This document shows, piece after piece, positions 13,460 through 23,439 of a stretch of DNA of 64,000 bases. Under the pieces are notes generated by a model. The model was not told the DNA's origin. It was given only the letters and a program-made list of their open reading frames with translations, and ran no database searches. Numbering within the stretch: position 1 is the first letter of the stretch; the number at the start of each line of letters is the position of its first letter. Location of the stretch: contig OZ024743.1 in the NCBI GenBank assembly GCA_964016885.1, positions 286,006,001 to 286,070,000 of the forward strand. The letters run 5' to 3'. The DNA comes from Eledone cirrhosa (Eukaryota). Made by a program: the position numbers and the translations under genes.

Positions 13460-14179
13460 CACTCACCCTGTATATATATATATATTAATTTAATTACATA
13501 ATAAACAACACTATAATTATTTTATCTGATGAATGGGCTGGGTGTTTCTGAAAGAATCGTCTAGTTTCTTGAAACCTTCGGTAATGAAATAATTGTGTTG
13601 TTTTTTATGTAATCAAATAGTTCTGTACAATACATAGAGCACTCTTCTTTACCTTTTCTACGGAAATACTCAATACAGTATACATATATATGTCCCGAAC
13701 TCTCCTATGGTCGAGTTAACCAGGAGTGTACTAACTGCTTTTTCTAGCAAATGCGTTAGTCGCTCACTGTCCACCTTACTACCCTTCTGTGACCACTGTA
13801 TCACGTGTTAATTTCTCACTCCGCCTCTTGAGAAATTCTCACTTGTTACAAAAGAAACAGTCCTTTTTTTTACCACTATATCCATGTGTTAATTCTTCCC
13901 TCTGCCTCTTGAAACAGTCCTTTTTTCTTGGGGGGGGGGGGGGGGGTCTTGATAAGCCATATCAACCTCACAGCGGTGATGCATTTTTATAGTGCAGACA
14001 TCGTTGCACACAGATCGGCGAAACTGCAGTCGGGAATTTGAAGAAAAAATAGGTATATTTTTGTCTATTATTTCCTCATATTTTGTAATTTGATGTATAT
14101 ATAAATATAGGTGCAAGATAATTGCATCTGTAGGCAGTATGCTGGGTAGCACTCGATGCTCGCGCAGAGCAGACTATGA

Positions 14180-14403
14180 TAGTATAAGAATAAAGGAACA
14201 AAAAATCAGTGTTGCATTTTGGCACAAAATCAGCGACGAGCTTACATATTGAGTGAGGTATATCTGAGGATCTTTCGATTCCAGAATCAGGTTCGATCAA
14301 TAATGGATTGTTCCTCGAGCTGATCGACAGTGAAACATATGTGATATGTTATTAAATATGTTATGATGCAACACTGATTCTTTGTTCCTTTATTCCGATA
14401 CTA
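14180..14403. mobile_element. MITE with ~38-bp imperfect TIRs
   Basis: tagtataagaataaaggaacaaaaaatcagtgttgcat (14180-14217) is inverted to atgcaacactgattctttgttcctttattccgatacta (14366-14403). TA at the ends. Confidence 0.7.
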
Positions 14404-14659
14404 TATATATATATAAAATACTGAAATACCAATACACCTTCTATCATTTTCCCACTTACTCAATAATATAATTAAGTCAGTATCATTAAGATACCCACCG
14501 AAGGCAAATTAGAGTCTACACTAATATGTTAAATAAGGAGAAAAACAATTTTGTGTGGATAGAAAATTTGATTTTCTGGCCCCGGACTAATGCACTAGTT
14601 TCTGCTGGCGACGCCAAACGAAACTGTCGTGCACAGGTCTGAACACAGCCGATGTTTTC

Positions 14660-14825
14660 TATAGAGGAAGAATTGACCCCAGTACTGGACTGGCACTTTT
14701 TGATCGACCTTGAAAGGATGAAAGGCAAAGTTGGCCCCGGTAAGATTTGAACTCAGAATGCACAACGAGGTGGGACGAATACTGTAAAGCATTCTATCCA
14801 ACGTCTTAACGACTCTGCCAATTTG
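14660..14825 (-). mobile_element. tRNA-derived SINE (MetaSINE-like core)
   Basis: Minus strand shows a B-box 'gagttcaaatc' followed by the 'ctttgcctttcatccttt..ggtcgat' core. Confidence 0.7.
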
Positions 14826-15204
14826 CAGCTCAGAAATTAGGTAATGCTATTAAGCATTTCATTATTGGCTAAGAGCAGCTTCATCAGCGAGGAATTAGCC
14901 TCCCTGAATAGATTAGCTACCAGCCAACTGCTCTGGTGTGATTTAGCCATTGCAGTAGTAAACTCAAACTTTAGTGTCATGTGACAGTGAAGAGGGGATA
15001 GACTAATTCTGCCTATTCACAGAGATCACGTTGGCGCGTATTCAAATTGAAAAATGAAAATGGCCATGAAGCACTCAAACAAGGCTTCCATATAGAAAAC
15101 AAAGACATAATTGCAAACAGTAAGTAAATAAACCAAACTATAATAACCAGCGTGAAAAGTTCAACTTACAATTTGGATGCAGGTTATCCCTGGGAGTTTA
15201 AAAT

Positions 15205-15620
15205 AATAATTGTTTCTACTTTTGGCACAAGGCCAGCAATTATCTCAGTGCCTTACTGGTGCTTTATTTTATCGACTCCATAGGGATGAAAGGCAAAGTT
15301 AACCTCAGCAAGATTTGAACTGAGACCGTAAAGGGCTGTAGCTCTATGTTGCAAAGCATAGTGTCCGACCCTCTACCAATACTGCCAATCCACTGCCCTT
15401 TAAGTTTAAAATAATTGTTTCTAGTTTTTGGCTCAAGGCCAGCAATTACCCCAGTGCATTACTGGTGCTTTATTTTATCGACCCCGTAAGGATGATAGGC
15501 AAAGCTAACCTTGGCGGGATTTGAACTCAGAATGTAAAGGGCCATAACTCTATGCTGTGCAAAGCATGGTGTCTGATACTCCACCGATACTGCCAATCCA
15601 CCGCCTTTAAGTTTAAAATA
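15205..15620 (-). mobile_element. Tandem dimer of the tRNA-derived SINE
   Basis: Two adjacent ~205-bp copies (15205-15405 and 15410-15615), each 'aataattgtttcta..ttttggcacaaggccagc...ttatcgacccc.taaggatgaaaggcaaag...gatttgaactcag...gccaatcca'. Confidence 0.8.
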
Positions 15621-15771
15621 ATAATACTGAAACAAAGCTATCAAATAGGGCCGATATACCTTCAATCATTTTCCCACTCTCTCAATAATTTAATTAAGTC
15701 GATATCATTTAGATACCAGCTGAAGGCAAATTAGAGTGTACACTAATATGTTAAATATATATATATATATA

Positions 15772-16247
15772 TGTAGCGACGTGGTTAGTCAGTCTGGTAA
15801 CTACTTCTGATCAGATCCGAGAATAGCCCTTAGACGGACTGTTATCGCATATGGTCTGATCAGATCTGAAGATAGCCCTTAAAAGGACTGTTGTCGCATA
15901 TAGCCCTTAAAGGAACTGTTGAGGATGGACAGACGAAAGCACAAGTTGAAAGGACGAAGCAAGGCGAGATGTAAATTCGATCAGCTATTTATTTTCACAT
16001 GAAGCGATGATACGAGATACAAGGCATGTGTGCGTGACAAAGCGTGGCAGAGGCGAGGAACAACGATATGCGAGTTGACTCTGCCAAATGTTGACTGCTG
16101 AAGTGTTTGGACCCACTCTATTTATACAAATAATCGTTTGATGTTTAGCCGCTGTGTAGGCGTTTAAGGGTTCTTTTGTTTCACGTTGAGGTAGCTAGCT
16201 AACAGGTAGATGGCGCTGTATATTTCACATATTTTCGGTGGCTGTAC

Positions 16248-16248
<1 letters not shown>
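15772..16248 (-). mobile_element. Probable solo LTR inserted in a (TA)n tract
   Basis: 477 bp bounded by TG...CA (TGTAGCG...CTGTACA) with TA repeats on both sides. Minus strand has TATAAATA (16119-16126) upstream of AATAAA (15988-15993). Internal short direct repeats 'tctgatcagatc..atagccctta'. Confidence 0.7.
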
Positions 16249-16289
<41 letters not shown>

Positions 16290-16292
<3 letters not shown>

Positions 16293-16905
16293 AATGAGGT
16301 GTGTTTTCAAAAGGAAGAGATATTTTGGGTGAAAACTCAGTGATAGGGTGCATTCTCGTCGTGAAGAATCCAATTCTTCGTGCTCCACTAATCCGGTTAC
16401 TTTCGCTGAATGTCCTCCCTTAAATACCTCAAAACATTGCAGTAGAACTCTCGATTGATGGTCTGGCACTGGGAGATAAATTCTCAATGCACAATACCGT
16501 GGATATCAAAAAGAAACGATGAGTATGCTCTTGATTGAGCTGCAGCTGTCGTGCCTTCTTCAGGCATGGAGATAAAGGGTTTTTCCACTGTGTCGACTGC
16601 TGCTTCATCTCTGTAAGCTTGCCAAAGCATGCTCAATGTCTCTGTAGCAGACTTCCAAAGTTGAACGCAAAATTTCATGTTGCCGCTTTGTTCCAACTTC
16701 CTGTTCAAAACAAAATTGTAGGCTACAGCATACATATGTACACAAAAACACAAATTTCTCAACTTGGAAAGTGAACAGTGATGTCACTTGGTACACGTAT
16801 ACTGGCGCATGGAGGTCACTAGTTCTCACTGCGTATGCAGCCATGTGTTGTCATCTATTGGCGCACTATAGAACTAGTCCGGAATTTTTTTAATACCACC
16901 TCATA
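16290..16905 (-). mobile_element. Internally deleted mariner element
   Basis: Imperfect TIRs (atgaggtgtgttttcaaaa / ttttttaataccacctcat). ORF 16484-16762 LEQSGNMKFCVQLWKSATETLSMLWQAYRDEA is a mariner transposase N-terminus, followed by FDIHGIVH. Confidence 0.8.
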
Positions 16906-17070
16906 TATACAAACGATTCCTTCCACACACATAATCATATCAGATTCATTGCTTTTTATTCTGGTTTCGAATTTATTTTTAAAACTTATTGTTCTGAAGA
17001 TATTTAGTTAATACCTACCAATCCAATCTCGGAAGAAGAAAATATTTAACCATAACAAATAAGAAGCAAT

Positions 17071-17858
17071 TACCGTATATGCCGGCGTACAAGTCGAGCC
17101 GGCGCATTAGTCGACCCCCCTAAAATTCTGAGGTGTAATTCAGGTTTAGGCCTATATATGCCGGATTGGACGACTCCCAAAAAGTAAGGCAGTACCATCT
17201 CCCCAGCCAATCTTTATTTACACAAAATATAAAGCATGGAAATAAACACTAAATAGTTGTAAAATGTAGTTTGTGTAAACCATTGATATTATATGGTAAC
17301 TCCTCCTGGGAAATACCGGTAGATTTAACAAACATGAGTTCCAATAGAAAATAAATGTGGTTGGCTCTGAAAATTACGGTAAGTGGTGTAAATCGAATAT
17401 TAAGGTACATCAACTGATGTGAATGGCAAGTTTACATGGCGATACATTTTTATTTTCGGCCAGTTTTGTTTCGTGGTTAAATTACCGTAGTTTTTTCGAT
17501 AGTTTAGACAATTCTAAAACACTTCAGTCGCAAGTGAGCTCTAACTCACTGAGTAAACCAGCCTAGCCTTACCTTAACGAACCTATGGAACCTACCCTAT
17601 GAGCTACGGCAAGTCATTGATATTATTATAATCTCTACGTTAAATAGACTTAACAAATATGAGATTCAGTAGGAAATAAATGTGGAGGGCTGCTAGAGTT
17701 ATGGTAAGTGGTATACAACGAGTGTTAGGCAGGCAGTTTCACTGTTTACCCCTCAATGGTAAAGGTTCACATTTTATATTCGGCGGATAAGTCGAGCCTT
17801 GGTTTTGGAGAGTTATTTTTAGGCTCCAAATGTCGACTTGTACACCGGCATATACGGT
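17071..17858. mobile_element. pogo/Tigger-like non-autonomous DNA transposon (MITE)
   Basis: TIRs taccgtatatgccggcgtacaagtcga / tcgacttgtacaccggcatatacggt. Internal diverged duplication (17280-17460 vs 17615-17790). Confidence 0.8.
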
Positions 17859-17868
17859 TATTCTAAAA

Positions 17869-18182
17869 CAGGGGTGTGCAACATATTCCATTGGCGGGCC
17901 ACTTTTGAACAATGGAACAACTATTAGGGCCATTAATATTTATTAAGCACTATTTCAAAGATTCACCACAACTTCTTTCCATAACATGGTACTGGTAAAT
18001 TATAACATATATAACCCTATCAGTGAACCCCTTTAGTATAGGTCAATTAACAGAAAATTATATTACGGTTACGAACAAAATTCTAGATAAGTTTATAAGG
18101 TAAAAATTAAAAACGGTCATCGCGGGTCACCCTGGTCTGGCGGCCGGATTGTGGCCCACGGGCCACCTGTTGCACGTCCCTG
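17869..18182. mobile_element. hAT (Charlie-like) MITE with perfect 8-bp TSD
   Basis: TIRs CAGGGGTGTGCAACA / TGTTGCACGTCCCTG, flanked by TTCTAAAA at 17861-17868 and 18183-18190. Confidence 0.9.
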
Positions 18183-18456
18183 TTCTAAAACTACTATCTA
18201 AGACATGAGATTTGTTGTGACAGCTGTTAACAGAAGAGTTCTAATCCCGAACTGCAACCGGATACATAAAGAGTATCGTAAAGAACACCAGCAGTCGTTT
18301 TACACACGCGGAAGAATACAATGTTTATGTCAACTGGCTTTCCGTGTGTACTTCACATGTACTATTAACAGACATGTTTTGTTGTGATGCTCTCTTTTTG
18401 AGAAGTACCCCATAAATTTCATTGTTTTTTTTTATTTTACGTTGTTATCTATAAAT

Positions 18457-18999
18457 ATGCAAAAGCAAAGTATCAAGGTTTACAAAGCATCTTCTGGTAA
18501 TAAAATTGCGAGTGGTGAATGTAAAAGAAAAGCTATAACTCTTGAAGAAAAGCTAGATGTTATACAGCGTTTTGAACGTAATGAAAGAACATGTGAAATT
18601 GTTCGTGCAACCGGAATAAAGGAGTCTACTTTACGCACCATTAGAGACAATGCTGAAAAGATTAAAGCCAGCTACATTGCTGGAACAAGCCTTAGTGCTT
18701 GCAAATCAGTGAGATCGCGACCAAGGGAACTTGAGAAGATGGAGCGGCTTCTATGTATGTGGCTAGAAGATCAAACGGAAAAGCTATCAGGAACTAGCTT
18801 TCTTGCTATAAAAGAGAAAGCTTTATCAATTTATGAAGACCTGAAGAAGAAAGCTGAAAATCCGGCAATCGTACCCGCCTTTAGTGCTAGTAGTGGCTGG
18901 TTTGTTGGTTTTAAGAATCGTTATACTTTTTATAATGTAAAGTTTTGTAGTGAATCTAATAATGCAGACGATGAACGGGCTTTAACATTTCACTCCAAG
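18457..18999 (+). CDS. BTB gene A exon 1: CENP-B/Tigger-type DNA-binding region (HTH_psq plus HTH_Tnp_Tc5), transposase-derived, no DDE domain
   Basis: ATG at 18457; KRKAITLEEKLDVI...GIKESTLRTI, then MERLLCMWLEDQ...IKEKALSIY...FSASSGWFVGFKNRY. Donor AAG|GTAGAG at 19000 (phase 0). Confidence 0.85.
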
Positions 19000-19466
19000 G
19001 TAGAGTAGCACTTTCTTTCATTATGAGATGTAAATTAAACATTTTTCATAAGCCATATTATACTTTCATTTTTACGCAAGACCGATATTACATTCAGACA
19101 TACAAGTCTTGTTTTATAAATCAAATTTCACTGCCATAGATGCGTATGTTTTTGATATTGTTAATATATATATATATATATGGGTTTGTTACGAAATTTT
19201 ATTTCTAGCAGATTGATAGCACTTGAAATATTTCGACAAGTTTTCCAGCATTGTGTATTTCTCTTTATTTTTTCCGATTCTTACCTCGATTATGCGGATG
19301 TGTGAGTGTAATAGACGTTTTCTTTTATGTGAATTATCTAGACACACCACATCGTAAAACAAAGAGAAATAACTCATGCTGGAAAAGTTGTCAAAAAATT
19401 AAGGGGCGCGTGAAGATAATTCCTTAGATTGATATCGAAAGTAAAGTAACGTTTTTTTCTTTTTAG

Positions 19467-19903
19467 CCTCTAACACACCAACAGCGTTCCTCTTTGGCTA
19501 TATCTGACTTGACACAGCCGACAGAGTTCAATGCATCTGACCAGTTGAAAGTTAATTCTAACAACGATATACAAAAGACTACCAAACCCTCCAATATGAA
19601 TGATGTGCATCTTTCTAGTCGTTCCATTATTGATCTTGAACAAACAGGGAGATCTTTTGGGGCGAAACCTCGCATGAAACGGTTACCAAAATTAAAACGG
19701 CAATTTAGATCCGGAGCTAAAGATTTATCACTAAACAGAGCGAATTTATCTCAGAGACCATCCAATCATATTAGATCTCACCAGCGGTGGCTGAAAGAGT
19801 CAACAGGTCGCTCTGTTGGAGAGCAGCACTTTGACTTAGTTTTAAATAAAAACTCCGTAGAATACAATTCAAAAGCACCGAAAAGTAACAGCAATTCCAT
19901 ATC
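19467..19903 (+). CDS. BTB gene A exon 2 (basic, Ser/Asn-rich linker)
   Basis: Acceptor ttttttctttttAG (phase 0), open frame PLTHQQRSSLAISD...NSNSI, donor TC|GTAAGT (phase 2). Confidence 0.75.
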
Positions 19904-20102
19904 GTAAGTATCTTAAATACATTCCTGTCCTTTTAATGCTGATTTGCAAAAGAAATCTACTTTTCATTTTATTTGTATACCATGATAATAAATTGAAGTA
20001 TTGTTTTTCATAATCTTAATGTGTAAAATTTCAATTTTAATGCATTTAGTATTTTATATTTGAAAATATTCTGATTTCTTTAACAATTCATTTTATTTAA
20101 AG

Positions 20103-20283
20103 ACATTCTCTGTCTGATGAAATAATAGTTCTTCCACAATCAACCATACCCTCTGTTCAGAAGGAGAAACGTACTCTAGTGGTTCCAAATCACCAAGTGG
20201 CAGTGATGTCCAACCTATTTTCCATGTGGAAAGTTGGGCGTTTGTGTGATTCATATATTAGTAATGGTACCACAAATATAATG
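20103..20283 (+). CDS. BTB gene A exon 3 (N-terminal part of BTB domain)
   Basis: Phase-2 acceptor tttaaAG; HSLSDEII...VPNHQVAVMSNLFSMWKVGRLCDSYISNGTTNIM; donor GTATGT. Homologous to 48011-48188 and 60224-60401. Confidence 0.88.
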
Positions 20284-21290
20284 GTATGTATGTTATGATT
20301 ATTTATGCCTTTTACCCAATATAAAATATGAATAAGTCATTAATATCATAAAATGTATATTTTATTTATTCAGAAGGCATTTTTTTATATATGAGATTAT
20401 AGCAATGCAAATTAAACGTTAAATCTAAAAATAATAAAGGTATTGAAATGTTACTTTAGAAGTGTTTAATTAGTTGTATATATTTTTATTAATATATCCC
20501 CTTTTTCAATGGTGTTAAGAGAACGTCAGAGTGATGGGGTTATTGTGCATCCCTTATGTTGATATTCCAAATTATGAGGAGGAATTAAAGGGCCATGTGA
20601 TGGAGTAATTTGAGGCTTTTATTTGTGTTCACAGGCCGTCAGTGAGAAGTGACATGTAAAGGAATTGGATCAGGTATAATGATGTGACGCACCAATTCTG
20701 GGGTATTTTACAGGAAAAATATCTTAAGCAATAATTCAATATCTTTGTTAGTGTTATTTTTTTAAATTAATGTTCTATTTGTATTACTATAGCCTTCTAT
20801 ATATTAAAAAAATGTTGTCTACATATTCCTTAATGCTTCAAGCAAGCTACAACACTCTTCTATTATTTACTCAATTATATTGGTGCAATAAAATGAGTTG
20901 TTGTAAATTTGTCAATATGTCAATACTCTGAATGTAAAAAGAATTGAGTCAGTGTAATAATTATATGTTGACTGAAAGATCAGCAGTTCATATCCTGCCC
21001 ACTGCTTCTTAACTTTCAATATGGCACAATTAAGCTATGTGTTATCTGGGGATATAATCTCTATCATAGGCAAGAGAGGCTATTGCATAATTGATAAATT
21101 TTTTGTTAGCAAAACCAGCAGAAGCATTCCTATAAAACGAGAGAAATATCTTTTGGGCATATCAAAGCTAAATTATGTTGCTGCATACTTCACCTTTTAC
21201 ATGGGATGTTACTCAGCAAGATAACATACACAACTATTTATTTTGAAAAATCCAACTGAAATTAGATATAGTCAATAATCATCAGCAACC

Positions 21291-21480
21291 TACGAGGGTT
21301 GGTTGAAAAGTTCATACGAAGGAGTGATGCTAGAGCTGTGAAATCTTGTGTGCATTAATTTCAGTTCTTATTAATAACTGCATTGTTTCTTTCCAGGGAA
21401 TCTGTTGAAAAATAAACCTCACTTGGTCATTCCATGAGAGTAGCTTGGTCAACCTATGGATATTTCAGTTGACCCTCGTA
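21291..21480. mobile_element. mariner-type MITE in intron 3 of gene A
   Basis: TIRs tacgagggttggttgaaaagttcata / tatggatatttcagttgaccctcgta. A related inverted copy lies at ~27190-27385. Confidence 0.75.
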
Positions 21481-21628
21481 GTAAAACATAGACTCCATAT
21501 GTTCTTCACCTAGCCCATATTTTGATAGAATCTAGTGATATGTCAGTAATCAATAATCTTAACAAACATATGTTCAATATATAAAGTGTATTTTGCCATA
21601 TTTATCCCAGATATATTTTATATTTCAG

Positions 21629-22681
21629 GTTCATAAAATGGTTTTGGGAGCTGTATGTCCAAAAGTACTGCCCATCCTTTATAACACCTCAAGCAGTTTA
21701 TTTCCTAAAGTGACATTTCCATCATCAGTCAGTAAAGAAGCTCTATTAGCATTTGCAGAGTACATGTACAGTGGTGTGTTAGATCTGAATGAAGATATTC
21801 TTGTCCAACTGAAGACTATTGGTGAAAGATTAGATATGAAAGATTTTGAAGAACTTTGTAGTAATGAAATAAACAAAGCCAAGGCAAAAGATATTTTGTC
21901 AGCTGTGGTGGAACCGTTGTTGGCAGAACCTTGTTCTTTATCAGGACTGTTCTCTCCCAGAACACAAGGAGATTCTAATGAGGTTCAAAACTCAATGTTA
22001 ATGAAAATACTTGGAAATATTTACAGCAATAATAACATGCAATCTGATGTTGGTGTTAATATTGCATCAACATCCAGTCCATCTTCTTCTGATGTAAGGT
22101 CTACAGAAAATATGACTACAGATCAGATTGTTGATATCAAAACTGAAATGGAACCAGAGATAGAGCCTACAACAAATCAGAACTCTCTACAGTTAAAAAT
22201 AGAACCATGTAGTCCCAATGAAAATCAATATAATATCCAAGAAGAATTATTCATGGATATTGGTAACATTACTTCCAATAATAATCTTCATCTCACACCT
22301 GCTTCTGGAAATCTCAATAAAGACAATGATTTAACAGTTACTTATTCAAATAATCAGTATAGAAATGATATAAATATGGATTCCAGTGATATCATCAATA
22401 TATCCGATATCCATCGATCTGAAGTGACTTGTTTATCACAACATACAGAAGACTGTGATAAAGAGACAGAAAATCAGAAAGAATTACAGTTAATTTCAGT
22501 AACATCTGCAACAGGCAATATAAGTGAAGACAGTCTCAGCAATAATTCTGATTTGATAGAGATCTCCAGTACCATGTGCACAAATACAGACCCACTTCAA
22601 ACATCAAATTCTAGACCATACCCTGTTAGCCTTTTTTCTGTGAATGGCAGTAAAATTCCAACAACATTACCAGATAGTTGA
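21629..22681 (+). CDS. BTB gene A exon 4 (rest of BTB/POZ domain plus acidic/Ser/Asn-rich tail, stop TGA)
   Basis: Acceptor tatttcAG; VHKMVLGAVCP...VSKEALLAFAEYMYSGVLDLNEDILVQLKTIGERLDMKDFEELC is the BTB core. 1053-nt open frame. Confidence 0.9.
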   Translation, partial: VHKMVLGAVCPKVLPILYNTSSSLFPKVTFPSSVSKEALLAFAEYMYSGVLDLNEDILVQLKTIGERLDMKDFEELCSNEINKAKAKDILSAVVEPLLAEPCSLSGLFSPRTQGDSNEVQNSMLMKILGNIYSNNNMQSDVGVNIASTSSPSSSDVRSTENMTTDQIVDIKTEMEPEIEPTTNQNSLQLKIEPCSPNENQYNIQEELFMDIGNITSNNNLHLTPASGNLNKDNDLTVTYSNNQYRNDINMDSSDIINISDIHRSEVTCLSQHTEDCDKETENQKELQLISVTSATGNISEDSLSNNSDLIEISSTMCTNTDPLQTSNSRPYPVSLFSVNGSKIPTTLPDS

Positions 22682-22909
22682 ACATTTTTCTTCGATCACT
22701 TCCTGATATAATAGGTTTGTGTTTTATTTTCCTACAGCATTCTTAACAATTTATCTTTATTGTAGTATTAAATGTTCCTTTTATATAAAAGGAAAAAAGT
22801 TTAACCTCGTCATCTCATAAACTGTTGGAGACTGTTTTATACCTTGGCTAACAGTAATGGAAATGCTAAAAAAAATAATACTAATATGTATATATGTATT
22901 AGCTTTGTT

Positions 22910-23300
22910 CTGTTCATACTTTACTTATTATTATTTTTTTCTATTTCTCACACGTTTGGAGAGTATGTTTACTTCTCCAAAACATTGCCCCCCCCCCCCC
23001 CCCCATACATTCTCACTGCAAATATAAACTGTGGTTGATCTGTAATGTAAAATTTTACAATATCTCTCCTTCTTCTTAGTCCATTTGGTCATTTTGTGCA
23101 TATAGATTGTTCTAGATTTAACTTTTCTCTCACCTTCTTAGTCCATTTGGTCATTTTTGTTCGTAAAGATTGTCCTAGAATTAACTTTTCTCTCGGAATT
23201 TTCTGCTGTTCATGCTTTACTTCTTATTATTTTTTCTATTTCTCACAAGTTTGGAAAGTATGCTTATTTCTCCAAAAGTTACCCATTTCCCTCTTTCCCA
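22910..23300 (+). repeat. Local tandem duplications downstream of the gene A stop
   Basis: ~80-bp unit at 22912-22990 is repeated at 23210-23290; ~60-bp unit 'cttcttagtccatttggtcatttt...aacttttctctc' occurs twice within 23075-23195. Confidence 0.65.
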
Positions 23301-23439
23301 CCCCCACTCACCACCATAGCTATTTGGTCCAATCAAAACTCAGTTTATAGTATGGTTTCTAACACAAGTCTCTATCACAAAGCCACTACTCCTTAAGCTT
23401 AGACCTGGTTGTTTTGGTATGATAAATGGACTACAGAGA

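Noticed and set aside
21593-21628. ORF-track N-termini of the three long BTB ORFs (21593, 49523, 61192) as real starts
   Set aside because: They are intronic polypyrimidine sequence. Protein homology between paralogs begins exactly at AG|GTTCATAAA, and the BTB N-terminal half is in the upstream exon.
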